From Squalus acanthias (Eukaryota): DNA of 64,000 nucleotides. Each line of letters opens with the position of its first letter. Position 1 is the stretch's first letter. The notes under the pieces are model-generated. The model worked only from the letters and a program-made list of their open reading frames with translations. It ran no database searches and was not told the DNA's origin. Made by a program: the position numbers and the translations under genes. Below, piece by piece: positions 13,072 through 26,559 of this stretch. Where the stretch lies: contig CM059432.1 of NCBI GenBank assembly GCA_030390025.1, positions 147,004,001-147,068,000 on the forward strand, in the 5' to 3' direction.

Positions 13072-13565
13072 ATAGAATTACATAGAATATACAGCACAGA
13101 AACAGGCCATTCAGTCCAACCAGTCCATGCCGGCGTTTATGCTCCTCTCAAGCCTCCTTCCATCTTTCCTCATCTAAATCTATCAGCATAACTCTCTATT
13201 CCCTTCTCCCTCATATGCTTATCTAGCCTCCCCTTAAATGCATCGATACTATTCACCTCAACCACTCCCTGTGGTAGTGAGTTCCACATTCTCACCACTC
13301 TCTAAGTAAAGAAGTTACTTCTAAATTCCCTATTTGATTTCTTGGTGACTATCTTATATTGATGGCCTCTAGTTTTATTGCTTTTCCCCACAAGTAGAAA
13401 CATTCTCTCTGTATCTACTCTGTCAAAACCTTTCATTATTTTAAAGACCTCTATTAGGTCGCCCTTCAGCCAAGAGAAAAGAGACCCAGCCTGTTCATCC
13501 TTTCCTGATAGATATAACCTCGCAGTTCTGGTATCATCCTTCTAAATCATTTTTGCACCCTTTAC
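13072..13565 (-). mobile_element. CR1 LINE 3' fragment
   Basis: catagaa tail repeats and a CR1 3'UTR/C-terminus resembling other copies in the window. Confidence 0.75.
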
Positions 13566-13789
13566 ATCTGAACCCTTTGCATTGTTTATTGGTATTGTCT
13601 TCCCTTTATATATTATGCAGCCTTGCAATAAAAGGAGACATGCTTTTTTATATATCTAAAGTTCATTTTCATGCAATTCAATTAAACTGAAGGAGTCGGT
13701 GAGACTGAAATGAAAACATATTTGTTAAGCTCACTGTTTAATAAAGATGATTTGGCTGTTGTTTCTCAGATTCCCAGAACTCTCAAACA

Positions 13790-14680
13790 AAAACAACAAC
13801 TAGCATTTCCATTGCTCTCCCCGCTTACATCAACATGTCTCACAGTGCTTAACACAAATCAAGAAAAATAGTAGGCACAGAGCGGGAAGGAAAGTAGAGA
13901 ATGTCAGTTCAGGTTGTGAGGTTTTTGAAAGCAGTGAGGGAGATGTTATGGTGGAGGGAAGTAGGCAGAAGGCAAGAGTGCAGCGGCTGAATGAGTGGCC
14001 ACCAATGGTGGGATTGGAGGGAGTGGAGGACGAGGAGTAGCCCAATGTTATAGGAGTGGAGGGTGCCTGTATGGACATCAGGCTGAACGATATCACAAAG
14101 GTAGGATGGGTGAGGACGTTGAGGGATTTGAAAAGGAGGACCAGAATTTTGAAGTAAACGCATTGTGGGATGGGGAGCTACTGGAGCTGAGAGAGGAAGG
14201 TGAATGTAGGAGAGCTTGCAGGCCGTGGCATTTTGAATGAGTTGTAACTTGTGGCAGGTTGAGTGAGGCAGGGAGACTGGCTAAGAGAGGATTAGAGAAG
14301 TTCAGCCTTGGTGGCGAAAGCTTAGACTTGGGTTTCAGTGGCACGGAGAGAAGTAGAGGCAAAGAGGGACATGTTGTGGGGGTGGAAGAAAGTAATCTTC
14401 ATAACGGAACGGATGTGGAGAAGAAGCTGAGCTCAGGGTTGAGTAGTGCGCCAAGGTCCTGCACCTTCTGACTCGGCCTGAAGTGGCAGCCATGGAGGTT
14501 GATGGAATTAAGGTCAGAGCCACTTAGGTTCTGGTGGGAGCCAAAGAAGATAGCTTTTATTTTTGCTAACATTAATCGGGAGAACATTTTTGATCATCCA
14601 GGCCTTGATGCCAGATATACAGTTGCAGAGTCTCTGTGTTGATGAAGCGTAGCGCTGAATAAGCATTATATCGCCAAGGG
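13790..14680 (-). mobile_element. Old degenerate L2 LINE
   Basis: (AAC)n tail, IGGHSFS and DLGALLNPELSF fragments. Confidence 0.6.
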
Positions 14681-14884
14681 GTAGCATGTACATAGCAGCG
14701 AAGAGCAGCGAACCCAGGAGGGGTGTCTGGATTACGTCGGAGGTGACCGTGTACTATTACACGATGACATTTATTGGTTCATGGTGTACACTGTTTGCAG
14801 CTGCTATACTGGAATCTAAACATCACTACTTCTGCACTCAGGATATGGTTTGGCTGCTGTCCACTAGAACTTGCACAGTGCATG

Positions 14885-15440
14885 TTTTATTTATTCGTTT
14901 ATGGGTTGTGGGCGTCGCTGGCAAGGCCAGCATTTATTGCCCATCCCTAATTGCCCTTGGAAGGTGGTGGTGAGCCGGCTTCTTGAACCGCTGCAGTCTG
15001 TGTGGTGAAGGTGCTCCTACAGTGCTGTTAGGGAGGGAGTTCCAGGATTTTGACCCAGCGACGATGAAGGATTGGCCGATATACTTCCAAGTCAGGATGG
15101 TGTGTGACTTGGAGGGGAACTTGTAGATGGTGGTGTTCCCATGCGCCTGCTGCCCTTGTCCTTCTAGGTGGAAGAGGTCGCGGGTTTGGGAGGTGCTGCC
15201 GAAGAAGCCTTGGCGAGTTGCTGCAGTGCCTCTTGTAGATGGTACACACTGCAGCCATGGTACGCCGGTGGTGGAGGGAGTGAATGTTTAAGGTGGTGGA
15301 TGGGGTGCCAATCAAGCGGGCTACTTTGTCCTGGATGGTGTTGAGCTTGAGTGTTGTTGGAGCCGCACTCATCCAGGCAAGTGGAGAGTATTCATCACAC
15401 TCCTTACTTGTGCCTTGTAGATGGTGGAAAGGCTTTGGGG
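14885..15440 (-). mobile_element. LINE 'family X' 3' end
   Basis: ORF 15028-15372 (IQDKVARLIG...HSLHHRR) and the same 3' tail as the 2020 copy. Confidence 0.82.
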
Positions 15441-16798
15441 AGTATTTACATTAGTGCAGGTGTAAATAAAACACAAAAATCCCATTATTTAATGGTGCGG
15501 GCATTAAGCGTTATAAAACCATACTCCAATTACATCTTCAATCTCCATTAAGAACTTGAATGTTCCCAATCTTTTTATGGACATCCTAATGAGCATCGTT
15601 CCTTGCTGCACAGAAGCAAGCAGAACATGTATGAAGAGCATTGTTCGTTGAGCAGCAGATGAAATTTAATGATTGCCTCTTAATATTAGCAATCATGGAA
15701 GTCGGAGGGTGTTGATGTAATTGAAGAGAAACAGAACGCATCTCTACAGGGCGGTGTACAGTAAATGGATTCGTGGTCACCTGGTCCTCTCATTACTATC
15801 TCTCTGAACATGCTGTGATTAATTTATCAAGGATGCTCAGAATGCAGATCATGGATTGTGCTAGTGAGTAATCAGGGATGGAGCCTGTCTCAATCTGTTT
15901 AGCATTGTCAACAAATATTTAAGATCTCAACAGGTCTGTGGATCAGCTGCAGTGTTCTGCTTTGCAAATGAAGTAATCTCGATTCAGAACAATTACTCTC
16001 TTGTTGTTTTTACCGCAGGGCTCCTTTTAATTGTTTGCATTCATTGCCTCCTTTCATCACTCATCCTTATTTATTGGAAACTTGTATGCCCTATACTCTT
16101 ATATACTATTAATGTGGAATACACTTATTAGTGTGGAAAATGCATTAAAGGCATTGTGCTGCCTTGCAAGCAAGAATGTAGATGACAGAAAATGATTTGG
16201 TGTCATGATATTGTTACTGAGTGTCTATATCTTGATGTTTACCCTCTGTATCTGAGGGGTATGTTTGCTGTGCAGTTGGTGCATTTTGCCAGTGCCTGTA
16301 TCAGAACCTGGGCTGTCCTCTTCCTTGATTTTCTCTTATGAATGACTCTCATCTTTCAGGCCCTAAAGTGGATTCTCAGATGTTGGAAACAGAGAATTTT
16401 CATTTTGAAGCAACATCAGAACTGAACTAACAAACTGGTTAAACCTTATGTTGTGGCTTAGCCACGTGTAGTTTTTGAAATGTCACAATGTCAGAAGAGG
16501 GCCTTAGTCCACTTACATTTCAGCATCACTCTTTGAATGTGAATTCTTTGAGGCAACCCCTCTCCTGTGGTAAAAGTTCCTTGGCTCACTATGTATAGTC
16601 ATCTCGTAAATAAGTTCACAAAGGTTTCCTCTCTTCAGTGTTTCCATTGAAATTGTAATCATATTCAAAGCGAAGCAACTACATGAGCTTTCACCCCCAG
16701 CAGCTTATCCACTCTCGCAGGCTCGGAACCTTAACCTATAGCCGCAGAATGTCTTCCCTTCCCTGCCCTGTCTCTCAGTGTCTCATACTTTAATTTAA

Positions 16799-17088
16799 TC
16801 ATTCTACCCCGTGTTCTGTCACATCAGTCATGACTTTTTTTCACGGGTATATAGGAGGTAATTTATGAGTGAGTGGGCGGATAGAGAGTTTGGCATGCTG
16901 CCGGAGTAAATCGGAAATTCAGGGGCCCATCGGCAGTGCATGGCAAAAATTTTGATTTGCACAGCAGGTGAGTAAAGGCCCGAATCGGTAATGTGCAAAA
17001 TTTCACGCAGAACACAACCCCCAATGGAAACTGTTTTTGTTCTTTAAAAAAAGTAATGACTAACGTGACAGAACACGGGGTAGAATGA
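16799..17088. mobile_element. MITE with ~43-bp TIRs, possibly piggyBac-type
   Basis: TCATTCTACCCCGTGTTCTGTCAC...ACTTTTTTT is inverted at both ends with 3 mismatches. Flanks are TTAA and TTTA. Confidence 0.65.
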
Positions 17089-17212
17089 TTTAGCAGGACA
17101 TGTGGGAGAATGCCCCGCTTTATATTTTTCTGACCACTAAAAAGCCATTGAAACAATTAGGATTGCAGCAGTCTTCGTTGACAGATTTCATTTAGTGTTT
17201 ACCAGACTGAAT

Positions 17213-17921
17213 GGGCTGGATTTTTACTCGGAGGCGGGGAGGGAACGGAGGTCGGGAAGCCCGGAAGGACGGGATTCCCTCAGGCCCTGCCGAATTTAAC
17301 GGCAGGACCTGATTAAAAAAAATATATATATTTTTCTCCGTTTCCCGGCCGCAGCGAGCCAGATTGAGAGGCTGGCTGGCTGTCAGGCGGGTAAGGCCTT
17401 CGGCACCAGGCCGCAGCCGAGGAGCAGAGAGGAGGGGTGGAGGGATCGGAGGCCTGGGGGGTGGGTAGGAGATCAGAGGCCTCTGGGTGAGACCGCAGGC
17501 CTCGGGGGCTCGTGGGAGAGGTCGGGGGGAGATTGCAAGGGTCGGGAAGTTGTCCAATCACGGGGGGGGGGGGCGGGTGGGTTTGGTGAAGCAGCTACGC
17601 TGGATCCAGCAGCTAAGTGGAAAGGCACTTACCTCCTGGATCCAGCAGTTCTCGACTCCTTTTACACGCCGGGTTTCCCAAGGTGTAGTAAACCCGGCTG
17701 GCCAGAGTTAAATTTGAAATGGTGGATCAATATGTGGCAAGTAGCCTCATTATAATATTTAAATTGCCAGCCCGTCTCCTGGGAGCGGATTGGTTGCCCA
17801 CCCCTCGTCCAGCCTCCGTTAAAACCGGAAATGGGCGGGTTGGGGGTCAGGGTTTAGATTTTTAACACTTTAACCTCCCACCCGATTCAAACCTGCTCGT
17901 TCTTTGGGGTTACAATTCCCC
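17213..17921. mobile_element. Harbinger-type non-autonomous element
   Basis: Termini GGGCTGGATTTT...AATTCCCC with an AAT TSD. Confidence 0.6.
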
Positions 17922-17981
17922 AATGTCTCAGATGTATTTACAGTGTAAATATTCTTACTTTTGACCTTTTTCTCATTTCAG

Positions 17982-18122
17982 ATACCCATTTCTTCTCTTG
18001 TGTCATTCATTGAAGCCGTGGAAGTTGGATACATGAAGTATAAGAACCCCTATCACAACCTATTACATGCAGCAGATGTTACGCAGACAGTCCATTATTT
18101 TCTGCTGAGAACAGGCGTTGTG
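17982..18122 (+). CDS. PDE1: PDE1 coding exon (IPISSLVSFIEAVEVGYMKYKNPYHNLLHAADVTQTVHYFLLRTGVV)
   Basis: Polypyrimidine tract plus tttcag, 141 bp, donor gtaagt. Contains the class I PDE motif NPYHNxxHAADV and continues in frame from the previous exon. Confidence 0.96.
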
Positions 18123-19037
18123 GTAAGTACTGTGGGGCACACCCATGCAAACTTGCCGTTGTGCAGTTAATGCACGAAAACCGAAAGCACCAAAGCATTT
18201 TTTTTGTATAAGGTAAAGCACAAAAGAGAGGGTAATCCCAGAGGGCTAACCATTGGCCTGCTCTTCATTCAATGAGCAGCACTGCCGTGTCCGTCCTGGT
18301 CCCTGAATGAGGAATGCCACTGCAAGTGAATTGCACATACATACATCAATCTAAAGTTGCTTATCTGTTAAAGTGAGCCCTGCTCGTATATTTATTCCAT
18401 TGGGTATGTTCATCAACCCTGAGCTGTCAGCAGGAGCTCTGCTGTAGGGGAACACAGCACAGATGATCAGAGCTACAATCTCTCTGATTGACTCAATCTT
18501 CGAGGTGAGAGATTGGTAAATTCAACCCTTATAATCTTGTTTCTTATTGGAGCCATTTCTTTTGCATGTTTATTCATTACTAGTAGAATCTAAATGACAT
18601 TTGTTCCATCCATTTGTCAGGCACCTCAGTAACGCCAGTACGACGCTATGCGCATCCGTGCCTCGCAGCGTCTGACTTTACGCCTGGCGCGATGGGTCAT
18701 CTTTTCTCTGTTTGGTAGACGTTGTGAACAAGTAGACAGTGTAGCAGGTTACTCCTGTTGGAAAATGCTAACGGATTATCAGACTGAGGCTGGCACTACA
18801 CTGGAGACTGCTCAGAAGTGGAGAATTAGCAAAAGGAAAATCAAATCCAAGTTTTGCTGATTAGGGCCTTAGTGAAGGTCAATCATGAGACACTTGTGCA
18901 GGATTGTTTGGGAAGAAGGACATATAAAGCAAAATTAAATATAAAACCACACCTGAGCATCACATCTCCTCTACCTTCCCACAAATAGCTTCCAAAAAAT
19001 AGGTGTAATACAGAGGGAAGATGGGCACTAATCCTTT

Positions 19038-19761
19038 GGGCTGGGTTTTGATACTGGGGCGGGTTGGGGTCGTGTCATCCGCATTTCGTGTTATCCACCC
19101 GACTGCAATTGGATGTGGGAGATTGATGCAATTTTCACCTAATTGGGCAATTGAGTTCCAGCATGTGGGAACCCATGAACCAATTAGTGGTTTCAGTCTG
19201 AAAGTCGCCTCTGATGATGTCATCATTGCTGCTGCATTGCAGGTCAGAGACTGCCTGGCCTTTGCTGTGAGAGGACCTGGATGCAAAATGAGCAGCAGCT
19301 CTAAGGAGAGAGAGAGAGAGAGGATTTTTTTTGCATCCAGGTCCTCTCACAGCAAAGACCAGGCAGTCTCTGAAGACCCAGAGGCGACTTTCACACCTAA
19401 TACTACTACTACCTTCATCACATCTCCGTTGTAGTGGACCTGCAGCTGATAGTCAGCTATCCAAATGTGCTCCCACCAGGTTTCACAATTGTGGTTCAGA
19501 ACAAGCGTGCTTCACGTAGATCAAGGGTTAAAATCACATAGGCCTTTCAAAATGGCATTATAGAGCCAATTTAGTGCTTGTTAAGGGCCTTAACAGCCTA
19601 TCCCACCTCTTAAAGGCGGGACGGAGTCGGGACCAGCAGACACAATTTAATGAAAATTGCGTGGAGGCGGGATGGAGGCGGACTTGTGCTCGCCCGCCAG
19701 TTTTCGCAACTTTAACCCCCCACACGCCTCCCGCCTCCACGGGTCAATGAAAATCCAGCCC
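19038..19761. mobile_element. Harbinger-type MITE (family A, copy 1)
   Basis: TIR GGGCTGG(G/A)TTTT/AAAATCCAGCCC, TTT TSD. Homologous to 55659-56285. Confidence 0.8.
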
Positions 19762-20264
19762 TTTGTCTCCTGTTCTGTACCTGCCCTGAACTTCCTCTAT
19801 GGCTTTTCTGGTGTTTGCCTGACTGCAAATGAAAGTCTGCATATAAATTTCCTTGAACAGTGCTGGATACAGATCAGGGGCAATCTGACACTACTGCTTC
19901 CTGAGCTATTGTTTAGGCATTTTTGATCTTAAAATGACAGGCTGGTATTGCCATGAAAGGCTTTCTGCTGATTCAGAACTTAGTGATGAAGGTTGTGTTC
20001 AGTACTGCCGCCCGTTTCCCCCTGTTTGCAATTATGGCTTATTTGGATGCCCTCTTTAGAGCCAGTACATCGTTTGCCTATCACATTGCGAACATCGTCC
20101 CGCTGTCTGACCAAAACAACTACTCTGTCCCACCTGGAATAAAGAGAAGCTACACAGTCAAATTGGCACACAGCATCATTCTTCACAAATACACTTACTT
20201 ACCCGATGCTCAACATCCAAAATGCACCAATATCACGATAACACTTCACCAACACTGCACATGT

Positions 20265-20400
20265 CTGTGTGTGTGTGTGTGCATGTGCATGTATGTTCAC
20301 AGGTTATGTGTGTGGGTATGTGTGTCTCTGTGTGTGTGCATGCACGTGTGTGCATGTGTGTTTGTGTGTGCATTAGTGCATGTGTGTATGTGCGTGTATA
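20265..20400. repeat. Degenerate (TG)n microsatellite
   Basis: Directly visible. Confidence 0.85.
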
Positions 20401-21137
20401 TATTTTGGGGGTGAATTTCTTCGGGTCTTCTTCTCCGTCACCGTAACTTCGGCGTAAGTTTGGCAGAGACCCTGGTTACATGTGTAAATGGCGTTTCCAC
20501 TGAACGTCTGCCAAAGTTACAGTAACTGAATGGGAAAAGCCCCAGAGGAACTTTCAATGAGTGCCCAGGCTTCTGCCTGCCGTACTCTGTCATCCCAGCC
20601 ATGGTACATCAGAATGAACCTTTAAATAAATGAACAGATCACCAACATGCAAATTTCAGCTTCTGGCGAGCTAACGTGGATTTCAGCTCTCATTAATATT
20701 CATCAGCACCTGACAGTGAAAAATCCTATCTTCCATCCAGCCTCCAATTGTCATAAATTGCTCTGTGGCCTAAGAATCCATCTCCTGCGTTATCTCATCA
20801 CGCCACCCGTTATACACAGTGCCTGATAATCAGTTCAATTGACTGCAGTGGAGCTGAATATCAGACGCTGCGTATAACGAGCAGCCAATCCGATACCGCC
20901 CGCTTAGCGCCATCGCCCGAGACGCATTTCTAGACCCACGTCTTTTATGGGGCTTCCTTTATACCTGTCCCTTTAATGTTGCTGCCTTTAGGGAACTAAA
21001 AACACCCAGACTTCCTCTTCCTTTCTTGCCTGTGCCCAGTATCGCCACCGCCTACACCCAGCGAACACGGGCATTATTTAAATTAAACCCAAAAGGAAGC
21101 TGAGGTTCGGAGGTTACATTCCCAGCGGAGCGTACTT

Positions 21138-21440
21138 CATAGAATCAAGGAACCATAGAATGATACAGCACAGAGGAAGGCCATTTGGCCCATCGTGCCG
21201 CCTCATTGAAAGAGATACCAATTAGTCCCAATTCCCTGCCTTTCCCCCACAGCCCCGCAATTTTTTCCCTTTCGAGTATTTATCCAATTCTCTTTTGAAA
21301 GTTATTATTGAATCTGCTTCCGCCACCCCTTTCAGGCAGCGCGTTCCAGATCACAGCAACTCGCTGCGTAAAAAAAAAAAAATCTCCTCGTGTCGCCTCT
21401 GTTTCTTTTGCCAATCACCTTAAATCTGTGTCCTCTGGTT
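21138..21440 (-). mobile_element. CR1 3' fragment
   Basis: catagaa tail and CR1 3'UTR; antisense counterpart of 25960-26245. Confidence 0.7.
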
Positions 21441-21892
21441 ACCTGGTTACTTCTGGTACATTCCACCCAAGTTGCACATGGGGAATGCCTGGTGGGGAAA
21501 ATGGGTCTTCTGGTGACGGTTCGTGGGAAGGATTATGCTGCACACAGTTCGAGTGCAGTCACTATTGTGAGAACAAGGTGGCAGAGGATATCGTCCCATG
21601 ACTCACAGAGCAAACTACCCCGGCACCAAATTTACCACAACCGAGTGAGTCAGCTGCCTGGGGATGATAGTGGTGTGATACACAGTGACGCTAGGGCTCA
21701 GCAGAGAGTCCAGCGCTGAGGTGCCTCTCAATGACTTGCAAGCGGCCATTCACACTGCAGTACCAGTAGTGCTGAAGGACACCATTTCTTTCCATTTTTA
21801 TACCTGGTACACCTGGTACACTCCATTCAGGAGGGTAGCTGAAGATCTCTCTCACCATGTGCGCATCTACATACAGTTCAGCAGTGACCTGG

Positions 21893-22350
21893 TTGTCTTA
21901 TGAAGAGAGGTTGAGCAGGTTGGGCCTATACTCATTGGAGTTTAGAAGAATGAGAGGGGAACTTATTGAAACCTATAAGATTCTGAGGGGGCTCGACAGA
22001 GTAGATGCAGAGAGGATGTTACCCCTCGTGGGGGAATCTAGAACTAGAGGGCATAATTTCAGAATAAGGGGGCACCCATTTAAATCGGAAATGAGGAGGA
22101 ATTTCTTCTCTCAGAGGGTCGTGAATCTGTGGAATTCTTTGCCCCAGAGAGCTGTGGAGGCTGGGTCATTGAATATAGATTTAAGGTGGAGATAGACAGA
22201 TTTTTGAACGGTAAGGGAGTCAAGGGTTATGGGGCGCGGGCAGGGAAGTGGAATTGAGGCCAAGATCAGATCAGCCATGATCTCATTGAATGGCGGAGCA
22301 GGCTCGAGGGGCCAAATGACCCACGTCTGCTCCTACGTCTTATGTTCTTA
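21893..22350 (+). mobile_element. CR1 3' fragment
   Basis: LSYEERLSRLGLYSLEFRRMRG...RVVNLWNSLP plus tail. Confidence 0.88.
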
Positions 22351-23069
22351 TGACCTTTTATAATATTAAAAATACAGCAGTAGATTGGTAGCTCCCTGAA
22401 AGTACAGGGTGTCATGGACTGTGTACATTTAACCCACTGAGTGCCCACAAACAAAGCTCTCACCACAGATGAGGAGCAGCTCCAAGCCATGGAAGACTAG
22501 GAAGGTGATGGAGCAGAGCGCCAGGGAAGCAGATGTGTGAGGCTCTCATTTCTTCATTCTTCCAGTAAGTTTCTCAGTTGGTGAATAAAACCGTTCTGTT
22601 GGGCATATCACAGTCACACAACTGCCAACTGATTCACCTGATATCTTGTATTGGGTTTAATTTTGGACAACTGCCATTCTTCATAATTAAAGAATGACAA
22701 ACATATGTTAGAAGTGCTGTTTTGTTCAGTGGTTGAGGGGACATGGGTGTGTTTTTCAGTGTGTTTTTTTGATGTTTATCCCTTGTAAGTCACAACTTCT
22801 GCAGGGGCTGAAAATGAGTGTATGAATGCTTAATGCATTTGTCGAACATTGTCCACTATACGAAGAGGCGGTAATATTTTAATAATATGTCATGTCTGCA
22901 CGTATGTCTTCAGTATTTCCTCTAGCCGAGGGTTGCTCAGCCAACTGGCAGGCTGCATGGGGCTGATGAAGCCTGCTATCTATATCTATGGATAATCCTG
23001 ATAGACCTACACCAGTGTCAGGGACTTTCCTGATTGGAATCGCTGTGAGCTTACTTCTTCCAGAGGCGG

Positions 23070-23720
23070 CATAGAAACATAGAAGATAGGAGCAGGAATA
23101 GGCCATTCGGCCCCTCGAGCCTGCTCCGCCATTCGATGAGATCATGGCTGATCATCCAAACTCAGTACCCTGTACCTGCCTTCTCCCCATATCCCTTGAT
23201 ACCTTTAGCCTTAAGAAATATATCTAACTCCTTCTTGAATATATTTACTGACTTGGCCTCAACTGCCTTCTGTGGTAGAGAATTCCACAGGTTCACCACT
23301 CTCTGGGTGAAGAAATTCCTCCTCATCTCTGTCCTAAATGGCTTACCCCTTATCTTTAGACTGTGACCTCTTGTTCTGGACTCCCCCGCCATCGGGAACA
23401 TCCTTCCTGCATCCAGTCTGTCTAGCCCTGTTAGAATTTTATAAGTTTCAATGAGATCTCCTCTCATTCTTCTAAACTCCAGCGAGTATAAGCCCAATCG
23501 ACCCAATCTCTCCTCGTACGTCATTCCTGCCATCCCAGGTATCAGTCTGGTGAATCTTCGCTGCACTCCCTCCATGGTAAGAACATCCTTCCTCAGATAA
23601 GGCGACCAAAACTGCACACAATACTCAAGGTGTAGTCTCACCAAGGCCCTGTACAACTGCAGCAAGACATCCTTGCTCCTGTACTCAAACCCTCTCGCTA
23701 CGAAGGCCAACATACCATTC
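23070..23720 (-). mobile_element. CR1 3' fragment (young subfamily)
   Basis: Open 183-aa C-terminal ORF (23162-23713), nearly identical to 53165-53647. Confidence 0.92.
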
Positions 23721-24229
23721 GTCTGCAGTCACTTGTGAGGGGCTATATGATGGCGCACACTCATCACTGACACAATTACAAAGTAGCTATTCCTGCCCTT
23801 CTTCAATCGTGAGTGCTACGTATCATTTCCTCATGTTCCATTATCCATGTGGGAGGGATTCAAAAAAACGATGTGGTTACCAGTACTTTAAGGCTCTACT
23901 GACCATGAGGCCCAAAATCAATCAATGGAAACCAAGCCCTGAATTGAATTTATTGTCTGGTTAGTGATGTATTGTTTTGAACAAACGTGTGTGTCTTTTA
24001 GGCAAAACAAGCCTGAAGTAAGCCCAGATGGCATTGCTAAATTTGTTTCGGATATATTATAAATCTGCAATAAAATATTACATTTTAGCGGTGATTCCTT
24101 GACCTGGTGCTCCCAGAGAGAGCATCTTGTGAAATTGCGGATATGTTGCACTTGATTTTCCATCTATTAAAGTTAATAGGTGGAAACTCACATCTGAGGC
24201 ATCATTGGAGACGCTTCCACTAGCTTACT

Positions 24230-25080
24230 CTTCCTCTTACTCCTCCTCCTCCACCTCTCCCTCCTCCTCCTTTTAAGGTGGTGCCACAATCCCTGGTGGC
24301 AAAAGCTGTACTCTTGTGATGGCTAAGTTGTGGTCATGCAGCAGACGACCACGAAATGGGACACCCACTCTGGAGAGAACTGGAGGGCTCCTCCCGAGCG
24401 GTCAAGGTAGCAGAACCGTTGCTTGAGCACACCGATGGTCTTCTCAATGATGTTCCTGGTATTGAGGGGAATCATCAGCCAGGTGCAGAGCGGATAGCCC
24501 TTGTGTCCGAGCAGACACCCTCAGGTTTGACGTTGTGGCTGGAAGATTGCTGGCACAGCGGACTGGCGCAGAAAGAAGGCATCATGACTGCTGCCAGGAT
24601 AGCGGGCATTGACCACCATGATGCGCTGGGCGTGGTCACACAACAACTGCACATTAAGTGAGTGGTAGCCTTTGCGGTTATGGAACATCTCAGGATTGGT
24701 ATACAGTGCCTGCAAAGCCACGTGTGTGCAGTCGATGGCGCCCTGCACCATGGGGAAGTCCTCTATCCTGGCAAAGCCACATGCGCACTGGTCCTGCTGC
24801 CCTCTGCTCAGAGAGACAACAACGTAGACCCTTCTCCTGGAGTAGAGAGCCTCTGTGACCTTCCGGATGCAGCGACGGCCGGTGAACTGGGAGATGTTAG
24901 CTCTGTCTCCTGCTGCACACGCATTGACGTCACAATCTGCCTCATTTCCATTTCTCTGGTGAACGCTGGCAATGGCAACGCTGCCGACCTGCCGAATGGT
25001 GGCCACTGCGGGAGGAAGTGAGTCGGTCGCCATTTTTTCAGCAAAACGGGCCTTAACGGCCAGCGCTAAACCCCCGAATC
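24230..25080 (-). mobile_element. Harbinger transposase fragment (internally deleted)
   Basis: GAIDCTHVAL...NRKGYHSLNVQLLCDH...YPGSSHDAF on the minus strand. Confidence 0.82.
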
Positions 25081-26245
25081 AGGGAGACATAGACAGACTG
25101 GTGAAATGGGCAGAAACATGGCAGGTGAAATTTAACACAGAAAAGTGTGAAGTGATACATTTTGGTCGGAAGAATGAGGAGAGGCAATATGAACTAAATG
25201 GTACAATTCTAAAGGGGGTGCAGGAACAGAGAGACCCGGGGGGTATATGTTCACAAATCTTTGAAGGTGGCAGGGCAGGTTGAGAAGGCTGTTAAAAAAG
25301 CATATGGGATAAATTGACCCTTAGTGGTAGGGGGGGATTAAATATGTGGGGATATGTTAGGGGGAATTAAATACGTGGGGTTACGGGGGAAGGGTGGGAT
25401 ATGTGTACTTTATTAATAGAGGAATAGAGCACAAAAGCAAGGATGTTCTGCTAAACCTTTATAAATCACTGATTAGGCCCCAGCTGGAGTATTGTGTCCA
25501 ATTCTGGGCACCGCACTTTAGGAAAGATGTGAAGGCCTTAGAGAGGGCGCAGAAGAGATTTACTAGAATGGTACCAGGGATGAAGGACTTCAGTTATGTA
25601 GAGAGACTGGAGAAGCTGGGTTGTTCTCCTTAGTGCGGAGATGCCGGTGTTGGACTGGGGTGGACAAAAGTGAGAAGTCGCACAACACCAGGTTATAGTC
25701 CAACAGGTTTATTTGAAATCACAAGCTTTCGGAGCGCTGCTCCTTCGTCAGGTGAAGTGACGAAGGAGCAGACGCTCCGAAAGCTTGTGATTTCAAATAA
25801 ACCTGTTGGACTATAACCTGGTGTTGTGCGACTTCTCACTTTTGTTCTCTTTAGGGCAGAGAGGTTAAGAGGAGATTTGATAGAGCTGTTCAAAATCATG
25901 AACTTTTTTATTTAGAGTAAATAAAGACAAACTGTTTCCAGTGGCAGAGGGGTCAGTAACCAGATGACACAGATTGGAGGTGATTGGCAAAAGAACCAGA
26001 GGCGACATGTGGAAAAAAATGTTGTGCAGCGAGTTGTTATGATCTGGAATGCACTGCCTGTATGGGCGGTGGAAGCAGATTCAATAATCACTTTCAAAAG
26101 GGAATTGGATCAATACTTGAAGGAAAATAATTTACAGGGCTATGGGGACCGAGCAGGGGGAGTAGGACCAATTGGATAGGTCTGCCAAAGAGCCGGCACA
26201 GGCACGATGGGCCGAATGGCCTCCTTCTGTGCTGGATCATTCTAT
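25081..26245 (+). mobile_element. CR1 LINE 3' part containing an inserted Penelope-derived palindrome
   Basis: [39 protein letters not shown]. Confidence 0.85.
25634..25841. mobile_element. Short palindromic Penelope-like element with a minimal hammerhead motif
   Basis: ~87-bp inverted arms and a 13-bp TSD TTGTTCTC(C/T)TTAG. Minus-strand motif TCAC-CTGACGA-AGGAGCAGCGCTCC-GAAA-GCTT-GTGA at 25719-25754. Confidence 0.75.
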
Positions 26246-26559
26246 GATTTTATCATTCTATAATTAGAACACAGTTCACCCAATCCAAATCTTCAGTTGG
26301 GATGGGGAAGAATACTGGCTATATCTTCCAGCTAACAGGCTCGGCCCGACCAATACAGAGTTTGCGAGCAGAGGTTGTTCCCATTGGGCAGGTAGACCTT
26401 TTACCCGATCTCTGCCCGTGTTCTTGCACAAAATGTGAGGGAGCGTCATTTCAATTTCATGATCAAATGGGCTCCTAGAATGATACCATTAATAAACAAT
26501 GGTTCACACCTTTCACAACTACAGCCAGGCTATTTATTTTTACATCATTTCAATAGGGC

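Noticed and set aside
25664..25845. miRNA precursor
   Set aside because: The hairpin is explained by an inverted Penelope-type repeat with a TSD and a second copy at 50015.
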